Of a stretch of DNA of 47,694 bases, positions 18,323 to 25,070 are shown piece by piece. The position numbers and the translations under genes are program-made. Origin of the DNA: a virus; IMG/VR virus record IMGVR_UViG_3300022538_000189; one strand, written 5' to 3'. The notes under the pieces were generated by a model. It was not told the DNA's origin, searched no databases, and was given only the letters and a program-made list of their open reading frames with translations. Position 1 is the stretch's first letter; each line of letters begins with the position of its first letter.

Positions 18323-20229
18323 TATACACTTCCTCTCCATTGAGCTCCGCCCATACCACCAGTAAGAGGGGAACTGTCGGTATTAACAGGAGTGGGTTGT
18401 CCTGATTGGACGGAATTTATTCTCTGTTTTTTCTGATATTCATATATCTTTGGAATTAATTTTTCTATGTTCTTGAAGTTTAAAGCTACCCCACAACGCT
18501 TTATTACTTCGCCTACGTCGCCAATCGGTTCCATGACAGGTTGTCCGTCTCCACCGATTATAGGTTGTCCACTTGCTGGGTCAACCATTGGTTCTTTAGC
18601 TGCAATGATTAATTCAAAGAATTTTAATAAATTCTGCATTTCTGTTTGTTTCTCTTGAAAGACACTCACTCCTCTTGCAATAAAATCAGGGTCTCCATAT
18701 AGAGTTAAATCTTCTTTTGTAATATTCTTGCTCTTTGACATCTGCTCCCATTCTGCGGCTTTCTCTTTACCTAATATTCTATAAGCGGAAGTCTTTGAAA
18801 AGAATTTTGTATCTAATCTATAAAATATATTCAGCATCTTAGTATAAGCAGGTTCTAATATATGTCGTACAACGTCCTTTATTGGCTCTGCGGCATTTGC
18901 CTGCTGTATCTGCGTGCCACCAAGAGTTTCGTGCATTTCCTTTTTTGTTGGAGTCGGGGATATCGCAGGAACAGCTTGACTCAATTTTTGTATTCTCTGG
19001 TCTAAGAAATTAATATTAAGCATAATTGGTTGCAATGCAGAAGCCGCAGCAGTTGTATCTATAAACGATATAGCTTTTCTTACATCATCTACCATCGCAT
19101 TTGCTATAAATACTTTGCCTGGATATGAAACCAATGTGCCTGATAAAGATGATAAAAAGGTAGGATTAATTATCAGCATTGGGTTACAAATGATGCTTAC
19201 AGCATCATTGAATCTATTATGAAGATTAGTAAGTTCCCTTGCTAATGCTTCAATATCTTCACCAGTCCCGCATCCTACTTGTTCATTAACCATCTTATCT
19301 TTAGAACTACAGAAGAATATATTGCATTTGTATTCATCCTTAATAGCTCTTATAACAACTTCTCTATTAGCTATTGTTACAATTGCTTTAACATATTCAT
19401 CTTCATAGGGGTCTACGTCAGATGTATCAGTTAATTCGCCTTCTAATAATGAAGCAGGAACTTCTCCGTGATATTCTAATAACTCTATTCGTGGATCTAA
19501 CTGGTCAGGTGCTTCAAGAGATAAATCAATACCTGCAAATATATTTTCTTTCTCAGGTTGACTTGTTCCTCTTAATTTATAAATATCGTGAAAAAATCCA
19601 CCTTTCTCTTGTTTCTTTAAAAAGGATAATTCAATATCTCTATGCTCTATAAACTTCCAACTATTTAATCCTCTATGAGCAGGGTCAGGATAAAAAGCAG
19701 TTATATCCAATACTTCAAAATCTGGTCCATCGAAGATAAGTTTTCCATCTTCATCATATTCCATCTTCCAGGGGCAATAGCCAACCGTGAATCCATACAT
19801 TTCAAACTGTTTACAATAAGCATCCCATTGTCCATAGAAACCATCTAAGTCTCTTGCGACCTGCCTTTGTTGGTATGCAAGAACACTTTTAACTAATGGT
19901 GCACCTTGTTCATCTTCTTCTTCGCCAGGGAGTATATCAAATGATTCCAAGTTATTGCTAAATAAAATATTCATATATAAAGGAACTTTAACTCTTACAA
20001 CTTCTTTAAATACAGGTATAACAATATTAGATTGCCATGCTTCTTTAGTTGTAATTCTTGTTCCTCTATAATTTACATATTGCCTTTTCCAGTTCTCCAT
20101 ATTTTCTCTCATACCATCTTTAGCCCACCCAAGTCTTTGTTTTAACCATTCTAACAAAGCACGGTGTTTAGTTGGTACTAAATCTTCGAGACTGGATATG
20201 TCCTCTAAAAAACTTGCTTTTTCAACCAT
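18322..20229 (-). CDS. Portal protein.
   Basis: 635 aa from the ATG at 20229 (SD AGAAGGAGAA). It directly follows terL, and its size and position are typical of portal proteins. Confidence 0.75.
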   Translation of the reverse strand: MVEKASFLEDISSLEDLVPTKHRALLEWLKQRLGWAKDGMRENMENWKRQYVNYRGTRITTKEAWQSNIVIPVFKEVVRVKVPLYMNILFSNNLESFDILPGEEEDEQGAPLVKSVLAYQQRQVARDLDGFYGQWDAYCKQFEMYGFTVGYCPWKMEYDEDGKLIFDGPDFEVLDITAFYPDPAHRGLNSWKFIEHRDIELSFLKKQEKGGFFHDIYKLRGTSQPEKENIFAGIDLSLEAPDQLDPRIELLEYHGEVPASLLEGELTDTSDVDPYEDEYVKAIVTIANREVVIRAIKDEYKCNIFFCSSKDKMVNEQVGCGTGEDIEALARELTNLHNRFNDAVSIICNPMLIINPTFLSSLSGTLVSYPGKVFIANAMVDDVRKAISFIDTTAAASALQPIMLNINFLDQRIQKLSQAVPAISPTPTKKEMHETLGGTQIQQANAAEPIKDVVRHILEPAYTKMLNIFYRLDTKFFSKTSAYRILGKEKAAEWEQMSKSKNITKEDLTLYGDPDFIARGVSVFQEKQTEMQNLLKFFELIIAAKEPMVDPASGQPIIGGDGQPVMEPIGDVGEVIKRCGVALNFKNIEKLIPKIYEYQKKQRINSVQSGQPTPVNTDSSPLTGGMGGAQWRGSV

Positions 20230-20239
20230 ATTTCTCCTT

Positions 20240-21640
20240 CTAATAACCCACAAATGGGTCGCTATGTTCTATTACATATTTCAATAAATCTTTTTGTTGT
20301 TTGATATAATCGCTTGTTCTCATTACAATATCCGATTTTTCAGCTAATCCTAACATTCTCATAGCATCTGCTCCGTGAGTATGTTTATCTTTACGTGGTG
20401 TCTCTGACCATATATTGAAAGTTTTATTATAGGATTTTGAATAATTTTCAAGATGCTCAATTAATAATGCAGCTTTAACTCTATCAAAATAACATTTAGG
20501 TATGAAATTTCTTGTGGCTTCTATTCCATCTTGTAAATCAGTTCTCGGAACTAATTGGAAGATGATACCATGTTCCTTTGCTACTGCTATTTGAGGTTTG
20601 CCATCATTAGAAAAGACACGTGCTTTTAAGTCATGTGGTCCATAATGGTTTCCATAAACATAACTAAGTTCTGCTCGGTATTGTTGAAGTATTCCTGCGT
20701 AATGTCCGATACCTTCACCACTATTCTCATAGTAGTTTATAATATGATATTCGCCTGGAAGTTTTTGAAAAAAAATAATTGCGGTAGCATCATCAATTCC
20801 TACATCCCATGCAGTATGAACTGGTAATGCTGGGTCATGCGGTATATTCTTAATTCTTTGTGTTTGCCATGCCTGATTCATCAACCTTGCGTAATAGGCT
20901 CCAGCAGTTCCATAGTCGAAACTACAATAATATTCTTGCTGAATAAAAGCTTCATCTACATTTCTTCTACGCAATGATTCTATTTGAGCAAGTGTGATAA
21001 CAGGACTTCCATCTTCTCTAATGGTATGGTCAATAGTCCTTAGCATGGTAAACCAATCATCATCTTCTTGTGCAAATTTCCATAAATTCCAACCATGATT
21101 TCTACCATTAGGTGTATAAAGGAATTTAGCCCATCCGTCATTCTCTAATAAAATAGGTTCGATAACTTCCCATGCTCGTGGATCTTGATGAGCATACTCT
21201 GAAAATACAGCACCAACACAATTTGTACCACGTGCAGCATCAAAATCATCAGTTCCTATAAATTGGATAATTGAACCATTGATAAGTTCAATTGACATTT
21301 CTGTACTATTAATTTTTGGAAAACCTTTATTGCCAATAGCAATAAGTTCATCTGGGATATAACTAAGAAATCTTCTGCCTGGAATTGGTGGATGATGACG
21401 TGGATCTCCCCCTGTCATTCCTTTCCAGATAACTTTTCTTGCTTGTGTAGCAGTAGGAAAGAAGTAATTATAAGTTCCTATTCTTTCCGTAGCAGCTTTT
21501 GTAACATCATTAACAGCAGTTAAATCTTTTCCTGCCCTTCGATGCCATATATATATCTCACGTAAATACCCCATACCACGTGCTTGTAACATTGGAATTT
21601 GATAATTTCGTGGAGCAAATTCGTGTGGAAGATGTATCAT
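20240..21640 (-). CDS. terL: Terminase large subunit.
   Basis: I chose the ATG at 21640 (SD AAGAGGA). Walker-A-like WHRRAGKDLT sits in the N-terminal ATPase half. The C-terminal nuclease half contains acidic motifs (AWDVGIDDATAI…). The 31-codon upstream extension in the ORF track lacks an SD. Confidence 0.8.
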   Translation of the reverse strand: MIHLPHEFAPRNYQIPMLQARGMGYLREIYIWHRRAGKDLTAVNDVTKAATERIGTYNYFFPTATQARKVIWKGMTGGDPRHHPPIPGRRFLSYIPDELIAIGNKGFPKINSTEMSIELINGSIIQFIGTDDFDAARGTNCVGAVFSEYAHQDPRAWEVIEPILLENDGWAKFLYTPNGRNHGWNLWKFAQEDDDWFTMLRTIDHTIREDGSPVITLAQIESLRRRNVDEAFIQQEYYCSFDYGTAGAYYARLMNQAWQTQRIKNIPHDPALPVHTAWDVGIDDATAIIFFQKLPGEYHIINYYENSGEGIGHYAGILQQYRAELSYVYGNHYGPHDLKARVFSNDGKPQIAVAKEHGIIFQLVPRTDLQDGIEATRNFIPKCYFDRVKAALLIEHLENYSKSYNKTFNIWSETPRKDKHTHGADAMRMLGLAEKSDIVMRTSDYIKQQKDLLKYVIEHSDPFVGY

Positions 21641-21902
21641 GTAGCGTCCTCTTTTGCAGATTATGATATTGATAATGTAATCCGTGTCCTGTGAGGACAC
21701 ACTTTGCAGTTTAAATATAATTTGGCAAACCAAGTAGGAGTTTAACCCACGCCAAAACGTTTGGAGCGTCTTATGCTGTCGTTACACCATTGGCTCACGT
21801 GTTGGATGCACAGGATTTACTTGCAGACCTATTATCTGCTCACCTATACATCCATTAGTGCAGTTTTTTTGGTTATCAGTAGAGACTGCTAACTCTAACA
21901 TT

Positions 21903-21976
21903 TGGGGTGATATGGCAGACTCGAACCGCCTTCGCCTCGTTCACAGCGAGGGGCTTTACCCATAAGCTAATACCAC
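21903..21976 (-). tRNA. tRNA-His (GUG), CCA encoded.
   Basis: Hand-folded cloverleaf. Acceptor GTGGTAT/ATATCAC, D stem GCTT/AAGC, anticodon stem-loop CCTCG-CTGTGAA-CGAGG, T arm GGCGG-TTCGAGT-CTGCC, discriminator C. Confidence 0.75.
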
Positions 21977-21979
21977 AAT

Positions 21980-22055
21980 TGGTGGACCAGAAAGGGACTC
22001 GAACCCTTAATTCCTGCGTGCAAAACAGGTGTTTTCCCAGTTAAACTATCAGCCC
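21980..22055 (-). tRNA. tRNA-Ala (UGC), CCA encoded.
   Basis: Anticodon arm CCTGT-TTTGCAC-GCAGG, D stem GTTT/AAAC, T arm AAGGG-TTCGAGT-CCCTT. The acceptor starts GGG with a G3:U70 pair. There is one extra nucleotide between the T stem and the acceptor 3' strand. Confidence 0.65.
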
Positions 22056-22063
22056 ATAATGCC

Positions 22064-22111
22064 TGGTAGCGGAGCCAACAGACTCACCAGCTTTTGCTGT
22101 ATTTCACTACC
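22064..22111 (-). ncRNA. 48-nt tRNA-slot element: an acceptor-like 7-bp helix with no cloverleaf.
   Basis: GGTAGTG…CGCTACC plus an unpaired A. The interior holds only small hairpins (CAGC-AAAA-GCTG). It occupies a slot between tRNA-Ala and tRNA-Asp with the same 7-8 nt spacing as the real tRNAs. Confidence 0.35.
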
Positions 22112-22118
22112 ATTACAG

Positions 22119-22189
22119 CCGACGTAATCAGAAATGAACTGATATCTTCCTGCGTGACAGGCAGGTGCTTTGCATTAAGCTATACGCCG
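22119..22189 (-). tRNA. tRNA-Asp (GUC), CCA not encoded.
   Basis: Acceptor CGGCGTA/TACGTCG, D stem GCTT/AAGC, anticodon arm CCTGC-CTGTCAC-GCAGG, T arm ATCAG-TTCATTT-CTGAT, discriminator G. Confidence 0.7.
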
Positions 22190-22200
22190 ATATTGATTTA

Positions 22201-22274
22201 CGGAGAAAGTAGGATTCGAACCACCGACTCCTTGCTTCCAAAGCAAGTACGCTGACCAGACTGCGTTACTTCCC
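22201..22274 (-). tRNA. tRNA-Pro (UGG)-like, with a weakened T stem and acceptor stem.
   Basis: The anticodon arm CTTGC-TTTGGAA-GCAAG and D arm ACGC/GCGT are good and the T loop is TTCGAAT. The T stem (GGTGG/CCTAC) and the acceptor each carry 2 mismatches in my hand fold. Confidence 0.5.
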
Positions 22275-22280
22275 AATAAA

Positions 22281-22354
22281 TGGAGCAGATAAAGAGAGTC
22301 GAACTCTTATCTATCGGGTGGAAACCGCTAATACTACCGTTGTACTATACCCGC
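22281..22354 (-). tRNA. tRNA-Gly (UCC), CCA encoded.
   Basis: Acceptor GCGGGTA/TATCTGC (two G:U pairs), anticodon loop TTTCCAC, T arm AAGAG-TTCGACT-CTCTT. The 5' 21 nt overlap the 3' end of the CDS at 22334-22621. Confidence 0.65.
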
Positions 22355-22621
22355 TCTTGCTTTATCTTTTCTTTCTATAATTATATTATTCGCCTCTGCA
22401 TTTGCAATTACTAATGATTGCCAATGTGCCACAAAACTTACAGCATTCTGGACTACCTGTGGAGTTACTCGTTCCTGTAATAAAATGAACTCATCTTCTG
22501 TCATTCGTCTAACTGAGTTAATAAAATCATTTACTACCGATACTGCTGTAACTTCCCCTGCTGTTATAGGAATTGCTAAAAGACTCAAAATAACAACTGC
22601 TATTATTAATATTTTTTTCAT
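22334..22621 (-). CDS. Small secreted or membrane-anchored protein encoded inside the tRNA array.
   Basis: I chose the ATG at 22621 (SD GGAGA; ATGA overlap with the upstream stop). The N-terminus MKKILIIAVVILSLLAIPITAG is signal-peptide-like. 95 aa. Confidence 0.6.
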   Translation of the reverse strand: MKKILIIAVVILSLLAIPITAGEVTAVSVVNDFINSVRRMTEDEFILLQERVTPQVVQNAVSFVAHWQSLVIANAEANNIIIERKDKARAGIVQR

Positions 22622-22806
22622 TTTAAAATCTCCTCTAAACTTTTTGCAGCAATTACAACTTCTTCGGCTTTTTCCATACAAGCATCACATAATAACTCGT
22701 GATGAAATGCTCCTGGCACAATATGCCCATTATAATACTCAATTCTACTTAAATATTTAAGTGGTAAAAGCCTTTTACATTGCAAACAATGACCAAACCT
22801 TTTCAT
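22618..22806 (-). CDS. Small zinc-ribbon protein encoded inside the tRNA array.
   Basis: I chose the ATG at 22806 (SD AAGGAA). 62 aa with CLQC…CDAC. Confidence 0.5.
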   Translation of the reverse strand: MKRFGHCLQCKRLLPLKYLSRIEYYNGHIVPGAFHHELLCDACMEKAEEVVIAAKSLEEILK

Positions 22807-22822
22807 TCTTATTCCTTTTAAA

Positions 22823-22897
22823 TGGAGCCCATAGACCAGAATCGAACTGTCATCTAAGGTATACAACACCCTTATAATACCATTATACTATACAGGC
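22823..22897 (-). tRNA. tRNA-Thr (UGU), CCA encoded.
   Basis: Acceptor GCCTGTA/TATGGGC, anticodon arm AGGGT-GTTGTAT-ACCTT, T loop TTCGATT. The T stem has a 1-nt bulge in my hand fold. Confidence 0.6.
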
Positions 22898-22903
22898 TTA
22901 AAA

Positions 22904-22977
22904 TGGCTATAGAGCACAGAGTTGAACTGTGGTCTCAAGGGTCAAATCCTTGCATCCTACCGTTAAACGACTCTACA
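22904..22977 (-). tRNA. tRNA-Gln (UUG), CCA encoded.
   Basis: U1:A72 and G73 as in bacterial tRNA-Gln. Anticodon arm CAAGG-ATTTGAC-CCTTG, with a perfect T arm CACAG-TTCAACT-CTGTG. Confidence 0.7.
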
Positions 22978-22982
22978 ATAAC

Positions 22983-23048
22983 TTGGCGGAGTACGACTTA
23001 TAAGTATATACCGTCACGTACCACACTATCATGGGAATTTACCGCCAA
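22983..23048 (-). ncRNA. 66-nt tRNA-slot element: a perfect 7-bp terminal helix, no T loop, and no foldable cloverleaf.
   Basis: TTGGCGG…CCGCCAA. Internal palindromes ACTTATAAGT and GTACG…CGTAC. It sits 2-5 nt from the flanking tRNA-Asn and tRNA-Gln. Confidence 0.35.
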
Positions 23049-23050
23049 TA

Positions 23051-23126
23051 TGGCTGCGAAGGCAGGCATCGAACCTGCATATCCCTGATTAACAGTCAGG
23101 TTCATTACCAATTATAATACTTCGCA
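23051..23126 (-). tRNA. tRNA-Asn (GUU), CCA encoded.
   Basis: Acceptor TGCGAAG/CTTCGCA, anticodon arm CCTGA-CTGTTAA-TCAGG, T arm GCAGG-TTCGATG-CCTGC, discriminator G. Confidence 0.8.
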
Positions 23127-23133
23127 ATAAATT

Positions 23134-23222
23134 TAGGGGTGCCATCAGCAGAGGTTAACATGTATGGCGTTCCGCTTGGTGGGTACTTACGATTACCTCA
23201 AACGACTCGGACACTACCCCTA
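23134..23222 (-). ncRNA. 89-nt tRNA-slot element with a Ser/Leu-like D-loop sequence but no T arm; tRNA-like or degenerate class-II tRNA.
   Basis: Terminal helix TAGGGGT…ACCCCTA. CCGAGTCGTTTGAGG resembles a class-II D arm. The best anticodon-like hairpin is GGTA-ATCGTAAG-TACC with an 8-nt loop. No TTCGA-type T loop is present. Confidence 0.3.
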
Positions 23223-23225
23223 AAA

Positions 23226-23299
23226 TGGTACCGATACCTTGAGTTGAACAAAGATCTTCCGCTCATCAAGCAGACGTTCTACCATTGAACTACATCGGT
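23226..23299 (-). tRNA. tRNA-Ile (GAU), CCA encoded.
   Basis: Acceptor ACCGATG/TATCGGT, D stem GTTC/GAAC, anticodon arm TCTGC-TTGATGA-GCGGA, T arm CTTTG-TTCAACT-CAAGG. Confidence 0.75.
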
Positions 23300-23303
23300 G
23301 TAA

Positions 23304-23392
23304 TGGTGGAGACGGTGAGACTCGAACTCACGTGTAGCGTTCACAATCTTTATGATGGCATTGCTACTTAGCTAACGACTCCTGTCGTCCCC
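23304..23392 (-). tRNA. Class-II-sized (89 nt with CCA) tRNA-like gene with an aberrant anticodon arm; identity unresolved.
   Basis: Acceptor GGGGACG/CGTCTCC and T arm GTGAG-TTCGAGT-CTCAC are perfect, and there is a variable-arm-like hairpin GTG-AACGCTA-CAC. The anticodon region CAAT-GCCATCATAAAG-ATTG cannot form a 5-bp stem with a 7-nt loop. Confidence 0.4.
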
Positions 23393-23396
23393 AAAA

Positions 23397-23470
23397 TGGT
23401 AGCGGTGTGGAGAATTGAACTCCAACGGTACTGCTTATGAGACAGACCAGCTAAGCCACAGCTCACCGCA
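23397..23470 (-). tRNA. tRNA-Met or Ile2 (CAU), CCA encoded.
   Basis: Anticodon loop CTCATAA, T arm TGGAG-TTCAATT-CTCCA. The acceptor GCGGTG/CACCGC has a U1-U72 mismatch in my hand fold. Confidence 0.6.
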
Positions 23471-23737
23471 TTATTTCTTTTTCTTATTAGGTTTTGTCTT
23501 TTCAGGCTCAAAATCTACTGTTATTAAACAACCAGTAACAGCTTTATCACCTTTATTCTTAATCTTTTCATTCTTGACTTCTTTTCTAAACTCACCAAAT
23601 GCTTTGAGAGCATCTGGAAAAGCATCAGCTCTAAAATGCATTCTATTACACATTGATTTACAATAGAATGATAAATAAGCATCAGTCTTAATAAGTCCTA
23701 AAATAAAGTTCAGAATATCTAAATCTCGTTCTCTCAT
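23471..23737 (-). CDS. Hypothetical protein with a K-rich C-terminal tail.
   Basis: 88 aa with SD AAGGGGGGA. The stop abuts the tRNA array. Confidence 0.5.
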   Translation of the reverse strand: MRERDLDILNFILGLIKTDAYLSFYCKSMCNRMHFRADAFPDALKAFGEFRKEVKNEKIKNKGDKAVTGCLITVDFEPEKTKPNKKKK

Positions 23738-23746
23738 AATCCCCCC

Positions 23747-23938
23747 TTAATATCTTATAATGTTCTTTTTCCATTCATCTAAAATCTTTTTAGGAACTTT
23801 TGTCTGTTCGTTTAACCATTTATCAAATCGCCAAACAATCATCTGCCAATTTCTATTTTCATTAAGTAAATTTGACCCTACTACTTCGGCTCTTCCGCTT
23901 TTGGTCATACCTTCACTACTTTTAAATGCTTTACTCAC
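23747..23938 (-). CDS. Hypothetical small protein.
   Basis: 63 aa. The GTG start is in a GTGA overlap with the upstream stop; SD GAGGTG. Confidence 0.45.
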   Translation of the reverse strand: MSKAFKSSEGMTKSGRAEVVGSNLLNENRNWQMIVWRFDKWLNEQTKVPKKILDEWKKNIIRY

Positions 23939-24498
23939 GATATATACACCTCTTTTGGTATTTTATATTCATCTGCTGTCCCACCCATATCTATTGGGTC
24001 AAATTCAACAAACAATGAATCAATTTCGTCTCTACATTTTTCTTGTTCTAATTTCTTTTTGAGTTCTAATTCCATTGCCTCAAAAGCTTCCACATTTCCC
24101 ATCGCATCATTTACTGGATTATGGTCATGTTTAGTTTTTCTAAACTTCTTCCAGTCTGTACTTCTATGAAAATTACCTTTTAACCCTGCGTAATAATCAC
24201 CGATTCTTCGTGCACTCCATCCAAAAGGATTCATCCTAAAACAATGATGAAACCAGTAATTGATCCATTGCCAATCAAATGCAGGATTATCACTTACAAA
24301 AACAGGTCTTGTTGGGCAATTATCCCTTAAAAAGACTAAGAAATTCCACATTGTAAGCATTTTACCATAAGGAGTTTTCATCCTCATATCCCCATAAAAT
24401 GTCTTTTTTGTCTTATAAATAACTGCTCCAAATTCTGTCAGTTTTCCCTTACCTATGCAAGGTCCAGATGCCTCACAATCAACGAATACAAGAGTCAT
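23935..24498 (-). CDS. DEDDh-type 3'-5' exonuclease (DnaQ/RNase T-like).
   Basis: 187 aa with ExoI FVDCEASG, ExoII DNPAFDWQW, and ExoIII HDHNPVNDAMGN (H-x4-D). Confidence 0.7.
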   Translation of the reverse strand: MTLVFVDCEASGPCIGKGKLTEFGAVIYKTKKTFYGDMRMKTPYGKMLTMWNFLVFLRDNCPTRPVFVSDNPAFDWQWINYWFHHCFRMNPFGWSARRIGDYYAGLKGNFHRSTDWKKFRKTKHDHNPVNDAMGNVEAFEAMELELKKKLEQEKCRDEIDSLFVEFDPIDMGGTADEYKIPKEVYIS

Positions 24499-24694
24499 AA
24501 TTTCCCCCCTTTACTTCTTTCCATACTTCTCTAATTACATCAACAACACTATATTGAGTACATTTCATACTGATTAATTCTCGATATACTCTTTTGCTAT
24601 TAATATATTTATCAAACATTTCAATAATTAATTCTGATTCTACGATAGTCTCTCCGTTATCCCTGCCTCTTTCATTATTTTTGAGAAACGACAT
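24479..24694 (-). CDS. Hypothetical small protein.
   Basis: 71 aa with SD GAGGTAG. It overlaps both neighbours by 20 nt. Confidence 0.4.
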   Translation of the reverse strand: MSFLKNNERGRDNGETIVESELIIEMFDKYINSKRVYRELISMKCTQYSVVDVIREVWKEVKGGNYDSCIR

Positions 24695-25070
24695 TGCCTA
24701 CTACCTCTATTAACTTTTTCTTACCACCGAGTGAAAGAAACATACTTTCAGGTATTGAACTTTGTGCATTCCGAATAATGACATACTGTATCTCGTGATT
24801 AGGAATAATAACTGTATCACCTTCAATAATGAATGCTTCCTTGCCTACGTGTTTTAGTGTGTAACCCTTCTCATAATATTGAAAGTATTTATCTGTATGA
24901 ACCCAAAATTTGCACTCAATAGTCTTACCGTGTTTGGTCTTTATCATACAGGTTTGTACAGTAGGAACAATACTACCAGTCTTTTCTTCTGCCTCTTTTA
25001 TTGCTCCCTCTTTTTCCAATGATTCTCTTAAATCTTTACGAAGATCTCTTTCTATTTCCTTCTTTTTCAT
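24675..25070 (-). CDS. Hypothetical protein.
   Basis: 131 aa with SD AAGGGGGA and a TAAATG junction with the upstream gene. Confidence 0.5.
   Translation of the reverse strand: MKKKEIERDLRKDLRESLEKEGAIKEAEEKTGSIVPTVQTCMIKTKHGKTIECKFWVHTDKYFQYYEKGYTLKHVGKEAFIIEGDTVIIPNHEIQYVIIRNAQSSIPESMFLSLGGKKKLIEVVGNVVSQK

Noticed and set aside
21641-21733. 31-codon N-terminal extension of the terminase ORF (MVCQIIFKLQ…).
   Set aside because: There is no SD at 21733, whereas the ATG at 21640 has AAGAGGA at ideal spacing. The extension also covers a stable hairpin (GTGTCCT-cac-AGGACAC).
22903-23088. 61-aa plus-strand ORF.
   Set aside because: It lies entirely antisense to tRNA-Gln, the 66-nt slot element and tRNA-Asn, so it is an artefact of GC-rich tRNA sequence.
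23134-23392. Suppressor tRNA or stop-codon recoding. The idea came from TCA/CAT triplets and enlarged loops in the aberrant tRNA-like units.
   Set aside because: All long ORFs are intact under the standard code. TAA, TAG and TGA all serve as stops at translationally coupled junctions (TAATG, ATGA, GTGA). No in-frame stop enrichment was seen in any module.
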